This document shows positions 27,282-39,395 of a stretch of 64,000 nt of DNA, one piece after another. The stretch is from NCBI RefSeq assembly GCF_009914755.1, contig NC_060935.1; one strand, written 5' to 3'. The notes below the pieces were generated by a model. The model saw only the letters and a program-made list of their open reading frames with translations. It searched no databases and was not told where the DNA came from. Source of the stretch: the human T2T-CHM13v2.0 reference genome, Homo sapiens. Position 1 is the stretch's first letter, and each line of letters starts with the position of its first letter. The translations under genes were made by a program, and so were the position numbers.

Positions 27282-28145
27282 ATTCATTTGTTAAATAATT
27301 ATTTTTGAACACCTAAATGCCAGGCAATGTTCTAGGGCCTACACATACATTATCAAATAAAACAAAACAAAACAACAGTCATACTAGAACTTACATATAG
27401 AGAGAGACAGACAATAAATAATGAACAAAATTCCATAGTATATTTATATAGGAAAATCCCCATAGAAAAAGTAGAATGGTGTGTGTGTGTGTGCGTGTGT
27501 GTGTGTGTGTGGTGGGAGGTGGTCAAGGTGGAAGCTGGAAAACTAGCTAAAAAGTTAGTGATAAAACATCAAAATAACAATTTCTTTTGAAAGATGAGCC
27601 ACCGTGTGTTTTTTATACATTTGACATGGTATGGAAGAGAAAGAGAGATAACAAGAATAAGCTCAAGCTTTTTGATGGAAGCAAATAAAAGATTGAGTTC
27701 CCATTGGATAAACTGAGAAGGTTGAGGGTAGAGCAGGATTTGAAGAGGAAATTTAAGAGTTAAATTTTAAATGAGTTATGTTTGAAATATGTGTTAGATA
27801 CCTAAGTGCAAAATCAAGTATGCAATTTAGTATATGACTTTGACATTTAAGAGGAGCTGAGATATATACTGAAGAGGTTTTCAAGATACTAATGGTATTT
27901 TATTATAGAATAGTCAATTAGCTCAATAGAAAAGTGAAGATAATATGGACAAGATAGCAGACACTAAGCTCTGGGTTTCTACAGCTTGAAGTGTTAGGGA
28001 GAAATCTGGAAACCAACTAAGGATACTGACCATAAGCTGTGAACAGGAGAAAAAACAAAAAGGCTGGTGACTTGCATGCCAAAGAAAGAATATCAAGGCC
28101 GAGAGAATGATCAATTATGTCAGATGATACTGATAGGTCATATAA
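27282..28145 (-). mobile_element. L2 fragment with a (TG)n tract at 27479-27510
   Basis: ATTCATTTG..TATTTTTGAACACCTAAATGCCAGGCA (L2 3' end) and GTCAGATGATACTGATAGGTCA. Confidence 0.7.
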
Positions 28146-28628
28146 ACATCTAGAAAACTCTTCTGTGCAGGTTCAAAACAAACAAATAAAAATTGACCAC
28201 CAAATGCTTCAACCAAAAGTACATATGGAAAATAAATACAGAAAAATAAAACTAATTGATTTCACAATATATGGATTATTTTTTCTTACTTTTCTTATTA
28301 AATGTTCTTCATTATCATTGTAACATTTTTGATAAAAAGAATGTGTTTACATTCTCCAATGGGCTCCAAGTTTACATGCCTATAATTATAGATGTACTTC
28401 TGTTCACAGTTTTAGAAAATTGCTTTCATACTTTCTTGCTTCAGTGGCTCTGTTTTCAAGATATTTTTGTAAATACTTTAACATCATCATCTCCTGGAAG
28501 CCCCCTTCATAGATCCAAAACCATAGAAACCTTTTTTTTCTCCAGGTATCATCCCAGGTGGCAGTGGCAGCATTTCTTCCCACAGTCTTAAAAGGATTTT
28601 TTTTTTTTCCCCAGCAAACTCAACCATC

Positions 28629-29254
28629 TGTAAGGTACATGGATGTGCTTTGGTTAAGGAATAGGCTGAGTCAGACATCTAGTCAAGAGTGACTCAGCAA
28701 GTTTAGGGTGCAGGCACACACCTCCACTTGTTATATAACCTGTTTGTATAAACTCATACTTGCCTTGGAGCCACTATTGTTTAAAAAGGTATAACTGCCC
28801 TGCTGATGCTGTTCACAGGGCTCAACATGTCTCAGGTGCCCCTGGTGCCCAAAGAGAGAATAATGCTACTGATTCCTGTAAGGGATAGCTGGTTGCCTTG
28901 GAGGTGGTCAGGGGGTAGCCAGAAACCAGCTTGCACCCAGAGGGAAAGAGTTAAGCTGCTGACCCTGTAGCTGGCCTTGCAGGCCAGGGAGTGCAGCTGC
29001 ACCCATGGGGTGGCAGAAGCTGCAGAGCCAATTGCTGAGAGGAGCCTCAGAGCCTGAGCAGATAGCCAAGATAAAGGAAGACAGTGTAAGAAAGCTGCTG
29101 ATGAGACAGCTGCTGAATAAAACCACATTTCACCTGCCTACAGTCCCCATGAGTGTTCTTTCAGCTATCTGCCACACACCTGCTCTGCTTGAACCTCAGC
29201 ATGACCTCGAACCTGACCCTGAGCATGATATTTGGCATAGTCACGGACCTAACA
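28629..29254 (+). mobile_element. Solo LTR18 (LTR18B-like, HERV-S/HERVL18)
   Basis: Starts TGTAAGGTACATGGATGTGCTTTGG, carries AATAAA near 29116, ends ACCTAACA. TSD CCATC/CCATG. Confidence 0.88.
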
Positions 29255-29435
29255 CCATGCTTATAAGGAAAAATACCTTCTTTGTCTCTAGAGGACCCTA
29301 ATGCAGTGGCTACTTTTAATGAAATTAGAGTAATTTACTTTTCTAAAATAAATTACACAGGTGATTCTAGTGGGAGTTTCTATCTAAGGAAGATGAAGAG
29401 AAAAAAACTACCATCCCTACCTGCAATATAGATTA

Positions 29436-29566
29436 AACCACAGGAGTGCCTCCCCTCTACCAGTGCCTTACATTCTACTCATTTCATGTAGTCTCCATAC
29501 TGTGACAAACAGGATATATTTTTCTTATTTATACCCGCATCTTGAGAGATGAGCAATCTGCCTTGA
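29436..29566 (+). repeat. Arm 1 of a ~131-bp inverted duplication (partner 30517-30647)
   Basis: Core 29445-29519 matches the reverse complement of 30564-30638 at 70/75. Confidence 0.95.
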
Positions 29567-30427
29567 ACATAGAAGGAGCTCAGTATCTGTTGAGTGTGGA
29601 CTGAATCCATAAACATATTATATCTACAATGCTTTGAAGCCCATTCATTTGAAAGAGGCTTGTAGACATACCCAATTTCACACGTAGATCATAGAACTCA
29701 CCTTGGGGATCTTGTCCAGGCCAGGGAAGAGGACTGCTGTCTCTGATGGTGAAGTTCTGGCATCAGAAATACTTTGGTGTGCCACTCTGGACTGCCCTTA
29801 AGTGAAAATGAACATTGCAAGTAAGCAGGTTTGGACTGTGCTGGCAGCGCTATGCAGGAAAAAAATTACACAGCCTATTACTAACCAATTCCAGGTGCTT
29901 GATGAAGTTGTTTCAGTCTCTTTATTTCCTCAGCATCAGCACACAATAAACCCAGTATTACCCAACTTCAGAAATTCAGAGAATCAGTGTATGTTGCCTC
30001 TCAAATGCCTTTGAGAAAATTAGCAGTATTTTTTTCTCATCTACATGTAGGTATACCATTATTTGGAATGTACATGTAGATAGTCTGAGAACCTAGGCTT
30101 TGAGAATAAACATTCATTTGTAAGTGATAATTTTTTTCACTGATACAAATGTATATTATTTCAAGATTATAATGAAATCTGTACATGGAGCTATGGCTAT
30201 TTAAGAAAAAAATTGTTAAAGCATTAAAATTTAAAAATTTATATTCAATGTGTAATTTACATAAAACAGAAAGAGGATACAAATTATATATATTGAATCA
30301 TCATCCTTTTTGTTAGAAAAAAATTATCTACATTTAGAAAATAATGCTAACAGTAAATACAATAAAATAGATAAAGGTAAATACAATAAAATGTATATAA
30401 ATAAAAATAAATACAATAACATATATA

Positions 30428-30701
30428 GACAAAATAACTATGGTTCTACAACTATTACTCAAGGTCATACATATGACCATATAAATATATATGAAATAAT
30501 ATGCATTTGAGCTCACTCAAGGCAGAGTACTCATCTCTTAAGATGAAAATATAAACAAAATATATATATCCTGTTTGTCACAGTATGGAGGCTGCATGAC
30601 ATGAGTAGAATGGGAGGCACTGGTAGAGGGGAGGCACTGCTATGGTTCAAGGTTATACATATGACCTTGAGTAATAGTTGTAGAACTGTAGTTATTTTGT
30701 C
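30428..30701. repeat. 51-bp inverted repeat (30428-30478 / 30651-30701) enclosing arm 2
   Basis: 46/51 identity in inverted orientation. Confidence 0.93.
30517..30647 (-). repeat. Arm 2 of the ~131-bp inverted duplication
   Basis: Reverse complement of 29436-29566. Confidence 0.95.
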
Positions 30702-31605
30702 CATTTGTATTTATTTCATAATTATTCTATAATGAAAGTGAATTACCTTCAAAGTTACTACAAAATTGTCCTGAATTAAACATTTGAGGAATTTTCACTT
30801 TGAATTGTTGGAAATGTTACAAAGGTTTTACTAAGAATTTAGAATCTCTCTCCTTTTTTCTTCTAGCAGTAAGTTTTAAGGAAAGTAATTATATAGAAAT
30901 AAAGAAAGCAATTATATGGATAAAAGAGACATCTTGTTTTCCCTTCTATCTCTGTAGAGTAGTTAAGCCTGAATAACAAAATGGCTTTATGAGTTAAGAT
31001 GAAATTGCAAGAAACTTCAGAAATGCCTTTTCTCATTATCTCCCTCAGACATCTGTCAATATTTATCTGTTAATAGACTAAGCGATCAGCCTCAGTAAAC
31101 AAAATATCAGATCCAAATATATATGTATATCATGTAAGCAATTAGAAGGATGAGTGGGGATAGCATATTAGCATGACAATTACATCAAATACCCTTATTT
31201 ATATGGATCTTTCCTTCACAAAAGTTAATAGATGGTGAAACTAGCAGAACAGTAATGACATTCCTCAGGTTTTCTCCCCATTGTCAACCACTTCACTGAT
31301 ATTCATGAGAAGCCTAACTGGAAGCAAATTCAGAAATAAACAGACTCCAGTTTATAAAAGTAGGGCAAAAATCAAGGTCACTTGGGTAATCAAGTAAAAC
31401 ACAACTAGTACTCACATTGAAGCCACATGCTTTCTGTGACTTTGGTAAAGTCTGACTTTTCTTAGTTGACAGTAAAGTGGGATACAACTGCATACCGGCC
31501 TTCGACTTACTAGTTGTATAAACTTGAGGAGGTTACTTAAACTCTTTGAAGCATATGCAAAACATTTTCAGAATGAGATTATGAAATAAATTTCATATAA
31601 CTTGA

Positions 31606-31967
31606 TGATATGGTTTGGCTGTGTCACCACCCAAATCTCATTTTGAATTATAGCTCCCATAATTCCCACATATTGTGGGAGGGACCTGTTGGCAGATAGT
31701 TGAATCATGGGGGCCATTTCTCCCATACTGTTCTGATAATAGTGAATAAGTCTCATGAGAGCTGATGATTTTATAAGGGGTTTCCCCTTTTGCTTGACTC
31801 TCATTCTTTCTTGCCTGCCACAATGTAAGACATGCCTTTAGCCTTCTGCCATGATTGTGAGGCCTCCCCAGCCACGTGGAACTGTGAGTCCATTAAACCT
31901 CATTTTCTTTATAAATTACTCAATCTCAGGCATGTCTTTATCAGCAGCATGAAAACAGACTAATACA
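31606..31967 (+). mobile_element. THE1C-like solo LTR inserted in a MIR
   Basis: TGATATGGTTTGGCTGTGTC...CAGACTAATACA; TSD CTTGA/CTTGG. MIR-like flanks at ~31480-31600 and 31970-32040. Confidence 0.93.
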
Positions 31968-33759
31968 CTTGGTGTGATAATTTTGAGAAAAAATGTGTAA
32001 ATTACTCAGTACAATGTCTAACATTAAATAGGTTTTCAAGGCTTATTACTTAGATCACTTAAGAATATTAAGAGAAACTTATATAATGCAAACAAAATAT
32101 ACTTAGTAAATGATCAGTTCCTTAAAAGCAATAGTCCTTCATCTATTCTGTAAGACGATGATGATAATTTAATGAAAATCTGAAATAGTCTCAGCATTTT
32201 AAACAAACCTATAGTTACATGCAGCTGTGCATTTGAGTATGTTCATATTAGCCCTGGCTCTACTTTTGAAAGATGCAGTTTCTGAGATGTTTTTCCTTCT
32301 CTAGGCACGTGGTAAAATGGTGGTTAAAAATGCAAAGTACAAAATGCAGGAAAATACAGAAAATAGAGGATGATTTCACAGTAAAAAATTGTTATAAAAT
32401 TCTATTCATCAGCTCTGCTACTTTGAATATCCACACCTTATCTTAAAATTGGTGATAATTATAACAACTTCACATGGTTTTTGACAATATTTAGTGAGTT
32501 AATACATAGGACAGGTACCTGTCACACAGTAGGTTATTAATAACTCAGCTCCCTACTAATACTCTACCTACCTTTTGCACACACAAAAAAAACAAAACTT
32601 CAAATTAAAATTGTCTTCAGCAACTAGCTCTAGCCCAGGTTAATGCAATATTATAGATGAGAAAAACAGTTGATCATACATGGTAATTTGTGTGTGAAAA
32701 TTTAATAAACCCCATCTGAAAAATGTCTGAAGTGCAACATGGAAGAAAGATTTGGTAGAATATTTATTATTTCTGGTAATTTAAATGTATATTATTATAA
32801 GCTAAGGATTTAGGGCAATGCAAACAAAATGTAACAATTCGTGAAGTATTGATAAACTATTAAATATTTTATGTTTTAATGACTTTACATCAACCAGTCA
32901 TTGCTTATATCATGCAACATATAAGTATAGAATACTTCAGTAAATGTGAATTATATTATACTAAATTCAAGACCATTTTGTTGGAAAACTGGTATAAAGT
33001 TTTTCCTGTAAAGAAAAATATCAGTTCTATCTATATAATTCTTTTTACAAGCTACAGCAAAAACTTTTTAGATTTTTAAAGATGAAGCTTCTTTCTAAAA
33101 TACTAGAAAATAAAATGGTTAATACAGGCAAAAACGACTAAATTCAGTATCATCATAAACAAAACAAAAATGCTTGGAATTTGTGCTTGTTGCTTTGGTA
33201 TCATTAATTGCATGAAAAAATGACAGCTTCTTTCAATGTAAATGAAAGTATAGAGGTGGCTATCCTTAGAGTACATACATGATTATGAACTTGCATTCTA
33301 AGATCTGAGATCAAATTTTAACCCCTATGTTATTTCTGCATCTGATTTCTTTGTGCTGTCTCAAATATAAAATGAAGCTCTTTTCCAGATCCCATTATTC
33401 TGAATCCTCACAGGAGTCAGGGATTAGCAGTCACATAAAACCAAATTTCTGATAGTTACTCTCATGTATAAAACTACAGCACAGATTTGAATTGTAAATT
33501 CTTCATGGACATGTCATAAAATTGTGGTAAAACTGTATAATGTAGTTTTGTTACATGTACAAGTTATCATGATATATATCAGATTGTTTAATGTATTATA
33601 GACTAAGAAAAATAAGAAACTTAGCATCTAATCAGTAGTAGAATTTAATTACAAAATCAGATTAACATCACATTCATGAATCACATTTAATCACTGAATT
33701 TTGATATCAGATTATAAGTATTGATTAATATGCATTTTAATAACTTGGGAATCATTTTA

Positions 33760-33855
33760 AGACACAGATTTTCATTCAGTAGTTCTGGGATCCACAACCT
33801 AGCAGAAACCTAGGTAATGCCTAAGTTGTTGGCCTGAGTACACACTTTAAATCTG
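33760..33855. mobile_element. MER5A-like fragment
   Basis: ATTCAGTAGTTCTGGGAT...CCTAGGTAATGC...CACACTTT. Confidence 0.5.
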
Positions 33856-33867
33856 ATGATTCTAACC

Positions 33868-34075
33868 TACTGCTATCAATAGCACTCTCTGTCATGATGA
33901 AACTATTCTATATCTGTACTGTTCAATAGGATGCCAGTAGCCACATATGGCTATTAAGCTTTTGAAAATGTCTAGTGTAAATGAATGACTGAATTTTAAT
34001 TTAATTCATTTTAAATTTAAATTTAAATAGCCTAGCCATGTGAGACTAGTGGTTACTGGTTATTGGAAAAGACAG
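33868..34075. mobile_element. MER3 (hAT-Charlie MITE)
   Basis: GTAGCCACATATGGCTATTAAGC...TTTAAATTTAAATAGC...GTGAGACTAGTGGTTAC..TATTGGA. Confidence 0.8.
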
Positions 34076-34279
34076 GTCTGGAGGATATAAACAATTTATC
34101 TTGATGATATGGGAAGATACTTAAGGCAAAAAAAAAACTTCCCAAAAAGAAACTCATAGTAATAAATATTGACTTATTTCATGTTAATAAGTGTTTATCA
34201 ATTCCTTCAAATGCGTCACAGTTACACTAACCATAACTGTATGACATTATAAATCCACATAGAATAATAATAATTAGCA

Positions 34280-34455
34280 TCAATGGTTTCAAATCACTGC
34301 TGTGCCACTTACTAGCTGTGATATCTTGAGTAAGTATTTGCCCACTTTGTGCTCCAGCTTCCTCATGTTTAAAAGGGGATAATAATAGTAATATTATTTT
34401 AAGAGTTAAATTAGTTGCTATTTGTAAAGCATTGCCACAGTGTCTAACACAAGCC
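34280..34455 (+). mobile_element. MIR
   Basis: GCCACTTACTAGCTGTGATATCTTGAGTAAGT...CAGCTTCCTCAT. Confidence 0.75.
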
Positions 34456-34529
34456 TACATATCATTTTTAATAAATTTTAGCCAACATTTTGCACGCAAA
34501 AATTACTTTGAATGATTACTCTGAATTTC

Positions 34530-35010
34530 AAGAACTAATTTGGCATAATTCACACATAGTAAAATTCATAGATCTTAAGTGAATTGTTAGATAAGTTTTA
34601 ACAGATACATCACTGCAGAAAGTTCCTTAATCCCTTTCCTCAGATTAAACCACCCAGCAAACACAGCCTTTTTATTACCAGAGATTAGTTTTGTCTGTTC
34701 CAGAACTACATATAAATGCAGTCATACATATTCATTCTTTCTTCTTTCCTTCCAAAGAATATTTTTAAGTTTCATCTATTGCTCTGTACTCTATTGTATA
34801 ACTCTATTCTACTGTAAACTTTTTTATCCATTCTCCTGTTGAGCCGTTTTGGTTAACAATAAATAAACCTGCTGTAACCATTTTGGTACAAGCATTTTGT
34901 AAACATCTATTTTTATTTCTTTTGGATAAATACCTAGGAGAAGAATCACTGGGTTACAGGAAAGGTATATGTTTAACTTTTTAAGATATGCTCAAAAAGT
35001 TTTATCAATT
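34530..35010 (-). mobile_element. L1ME-type 3' fragment (L1-like sequence resumes ~38330-38660)
   Basis: GATTAGTTTTGTCTGTTCCAGAAC and TTGGATAAATACCTAGGAG...GGTATATGTTTAACTTT. Confidence 0.75.
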
Positions 35011-35507
35011 TGTTGGGAGAATATTTGCCAGAGGCCTGTCACATTTTGGGATGTTTGGGAGCAGAGGTACTGACTGCTTTTGTCCTGGACTATCTTTTTA
35101 ATGTATATTGAAAAACCTTGGGAATTAGAGATAGTGTACCTCAGGAGCAAAGGGCAGATTTGCTTCCTGTCCATATAATAAAAAAAATGTTTCCTTCCAG
35201 GGCAAACCAACTGTTCATTATTTAAAATTCAGTTTCCCTAACCTCAAAGTTCTTGTCTTCTAACGGATTCCACTGCCTGTACAAGGATCAGCTGACCATA
35301 TTTTCACCACCCTGTGGAAAGTGTGGCTCAGCGGTTCTGCACAACTGCTGGCCTCTCATGGCTGCTGATCTTGCTGTGAATAATCACTTGTCCTTTGTCT
35401 CTGACCCAGGAATCTTTTGCTTTCTTTCTAGAATCTGTAAAACTATGGCAGGCTTGGTTGTTACTTTGCAAGTCGAGTAAAATATCAAATCTTTCACAGT
35501 TTTTGAT
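35011..35507 (+). mobile_element. LTR40-family (ERVL) 5' LTR
   Basis: TGTTGGGAGA...GAGCAGAGGTACTGACTGC, GGAGCAAAGGGCAG, TCCTTTGTCTCTGACCCAGGA; end TTCACAGTTTTTGATA. Confidence 0.85.
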
Positions 35508-38310
35508 AGTTTTGTAACAGGGATAGATGTTAACAGACACACAGAATGCTAGAAAAGGAAAGATGAAGGCCTAGATTCTTTTATGTGATTTCAGAGAAGT
35601 GCACCAGAATACCAGTAACATGTTGATCAAATCGTATGGTTAAAAATGTGCTTACAAGGAGACACTAGTGAGGTGCTTGCAGCTGAGTACCAGAAAGGAG
35701 GTCTGAAGACAATTGTCTAAATGGTGCCCTGACTGTGCTAACTCTACTTTGGGCAGGGAGATTTCCTCACTGATCTGGTAATCATCCTTGGGTTTATCTC
35801 GTTATTATAATTAGTACAAAGATTTGATTAGATTGGCAGATACTTCTACATCCCCCACCACATTTTACACCATATTTACAAAAACACACAGCTACATTGT
35901 GACAGCATTTTTCACAATTGCTATGAACATAAATTGGGCCCCAATTGTTAATTTTTTGTCAGGTTGCTTGAAGATGAAGAGATGGAAGTATATGATGCTT
36001 GATAAGAAAGAATAGTAAGAACTCAGCCTCTTTTGCAATCTATCATGCCAACCTGAGATGCATTTGGACAAGAAACTAAAAGGTTGCAGTGTTACGTTTT
36101 TGTTTTTCTGTTATTGTGCTTTGTTTTTGCAGTGGGTCCTGGGTGCCATAAGGAAGCTTTGACCCACTCAAAGAGAATTGTCTCCCTGAGAGAAAAGAAA
36201 AAAAAAAAGCATTTTGAGAAAACAATAAATCTAGTATGCAAGCTTATACTGCCCTAGATTGCTAGGCTTATAAAGCCAATAAGGTGACCAACTAGCAAAT
36301 GCGCCAGTTTTATGTTATCTGTGATTCCACTTCTCATATACTATTTATGTCGATGTTTTGCGTGATTGTACTATGAATGCTGATATGGTTTGGCTGTGTC
36401 CCCACCCAAATCTCACCTTGAATTGTCATAATCCCCATGTGTCAAGGGCTGGGCAAGGTAGAAATAATTGAATCATGGGGGTGGTTTCCTGCATACTGTT
36501 CTCGTGGTAGTGAAAAAGTCTCAGGAGATCTGATGGTTTTATAAGGGGCTTTTCCCCGTTTTCCTGAGGCCTCCCCAGCCATGCAGAACTGTGAATCAAT
36601 CAAACCTCTTTTCTTTATAAATTACCCAGTCTTGGGCAGTCCTTTATAGCAGCATGAAAACAGACTAATACAAATGCTTATGGGTAAAAGAGCGATTTGT
36701 TTACTCAGTGACCATGGCATGTAGAGAACTGCTGATAAAACACGTAAGTCACTCCTCAACCTGTCTCACTGTCCTCATGGAGGAGGTCCAACAGAAACAA
36801 CATAGTATCTTAAGAAGAGAATGGGAAATCATAGCCTTGCTTAGGAACTTAACCACATCACAGAGAGTATGAAATGCAATATCTCAATACAACCATATAC
36901 GGTCAGTTGTGAAGATGAAGGGAGCTGGAGTTTCACAGTACAAAACTAATTGAATTCCGTTTTTGCACCCATAGTACTAGTTGTTGCAAATATTGAGACT
37001 GTGAAGATACTGCAATATAACTGAATTTGTTGCACAAACTGGTAGCATTTTGTATGCTGTTTCAGACACTGTCAGCTCTTTCTTTTCTATCCCAAAGGCA
37101 CCTAAGAACCAAGACCAATTTGCATTCATTTGACAAAGCCTCTAATATACATTTGAAATATTCTCACAGAGGTATCTAAACTCATGCCATTTGCCACCTG
37201 TGTCTGGGTCAGGATTTGGCATGAATGTCTACAGTTATGATGCCCAAAATTTTCAACTACACAGTATAAATGATGTCCTGTTGGTTGACAAGTTGACAGT
37301 CTCATTCTCAAAGGTCCCGACTGTGGTGATATATTTCCTCCATCAGTAGGAGTGGTTAATGAACCCTGACAACTTTCAGGAGTCTACTCACCAAGTAAAT
37401 TTTCTTGAGACTATGTGGATGGCTTCAAAACTGTTAGTTCCTCTGGCATTCAAAGAAAATTGCTCTATCCTGTTCCCACAACACTACCAAAAGGAGACCC
37501 AGCACTTTGTTAACACTTTTAGGTTTTGGAGACAGTTTGTGACTCACTTGGGCATTCTATAATATTTGGTCTCTCATATTGGCTAAACTGCAAATTAGCA
37601 TCCTTTGATTGGAGACCAAATCACAGGTTACATTGTAAACTGCTTAATGAACTGCAGCATGCTTTTTACCTTTGGATCCCCACAACCCCAATTACTACTT
37701 CGAGTAATATGTTTTCATGACTGATGTGGAGCCTCAGGCAATGGATGTCAGCTTCTATCCTGCCTTGTCTCCACCGCGAGCTTTTGACTCATCCCCTTCA
37801 TGACATGGCTACAAGGTACATCCCCAGAAAACAGTTATTAGATAGTTACTATGCTCTTGTTAGAAGGAATGTCTGTCCCAAGAGGGACCGTGCCTCTGGC
37901 CTGATATTCCCATTTTGGGGTGGCTCAACTCAGACTTATTGACTATCAAAATGGGAAGGGCCCATCGAAATGCACTTGTATACTGAAAATGGCATATTTG
38001 AGAGCATAGCTGGCCAGATTTTCCTAAATGCCTAGTCCTGTTTTACTGATAGTTTATCTAAACTGAAATGCAATGGTATCCACTAGGCTGTTGCATCTGT
38101 TCAAACCCAGCACCAGCTATGCAGAATTGAAAATAATGGACATTGTTGCTCTGCTCATTGGGCAGAACTCTTAAGTTGTCCTTATGGCACTGGCCAACAC
38201 TCCCCTTGATGAATTTTACTATATTTTTACTGAATATTGGAGTACTGCCAATTGCCTAGCTGTTCAGTTTGCTACTTGGAAAACTACATTAACAAGATTA
38301 AAGTCACCAT
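35508..38310 (+). pseudogene. Decayed ERVL-class internal region with pol (RT/RNase H) remnants
   Basis: QFAF..YTF..L.Q.YLNS (~37118-37190), V.FL..MW, KETQHF...FWRQFV.HLGIL (ORF 37359-37562), FTD.. near 38042 and SAHWAEL near 38150. Confidence 0.8.
36381..36672 (+). mobile_element. THE1C/D solo LTR with internal deletion
   Basis: Canonical termini and a perfect TSD AATGC. Only 292 bp versus 362 bp for the copy at 31606. Confidence 0.92.
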
Positions 38311-38819
38311 TGTTTATGTGTCCTCATCTTTTCTAATTATTATAATATTTAATCATGATAATTTTATCATTATTGTTTTGACATTTTTTCCTTTGGTTAA
38401 TGCTTTTTGTGGTTTCTTTAAGAAATTTTTGCTTACCCTAAAATTGTAGTGCTATTATACTGTTTGCTGCTAGAAGCCACATAGCTTTAGCTTTTATGTT
38501 TATGTCCATAATGAATCTCAAAATAACTCTCTTAAAATGTAAGATAGGAAAATAGGGGTTCATTTTTTATAATATTGCATTGTGTCAATTATATTCATTG
38601 AAAATACTTTCCTTCCCCCATGAATTGCATATATGACCCTATTAAAAACCAATACTGTATATGAGGAATGGCTAATTTTTTAAAAAATATATTTTTATGT
38701 TTTTGTAAATAGGATTTCTTAATCAAGGCAGGAAAAAAAAGCTAAACACAAGAAGAAAATATTGGCATAGTTTTAAAAACAAACTTTAAAACTTCAATTA
38801 ATCAAAAGTGCATTAAAGA

Positions 38820-39395
38820 AAAACCAAGGTATACATGCAACAGATAGCACAATGAATGGAATCATACCTCACGTCTCACTACTAATATTGAATGTAAATT
38901 GCCTAAATGCAAACGGTCACCAAAAGCAAGCAGTAGTAGCTATTCTTATGTCAGACAAAACAAACTTTAAAGCAATAGCAGTTAAAAGAGACAAAGAGGG
39001 ACATATAAATAATGTCCCTCTTTATATAAAAAAATTTATTTATTTAATCTCCCTCTTTATATATAAAAGGCCTTGTCCAACAGGAAAATATCACAATCCT
39101 AAACATATATGCACCTAACACTGGTGCTCCCAAATTTATAAAATAATTACTAATAGACCTAAGAAATGAGATAGACAGCAACACAATAATAGTCGGGGAC
39201 ATCAATACTCCACTGACAGCACTAGACAACTCATCAAGACAGAAAGTCGAAAAGACAATGAATTTAAACTATACCTTCAAACAAATGGACTTAATAGATA
39301 TATAGAGAACATCTCATTCAACAACTGCAGAATACACATTCTATTCAACAGTGCATGGAACTTTCTCCAAGATAGACCATATGATAGGCCATCAA
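38820..39395 (+). mobile_element. L1PB-type ORF2 endonuclease fragment
   Basis: ORF track MNGIIPHVSLLILNVNCLN; ATATATGCACCTAACACTGG (IYAPNTG); AAGATAGACCATATGATAGGCCA (KIDHMIGH). Confidence 0.88.
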
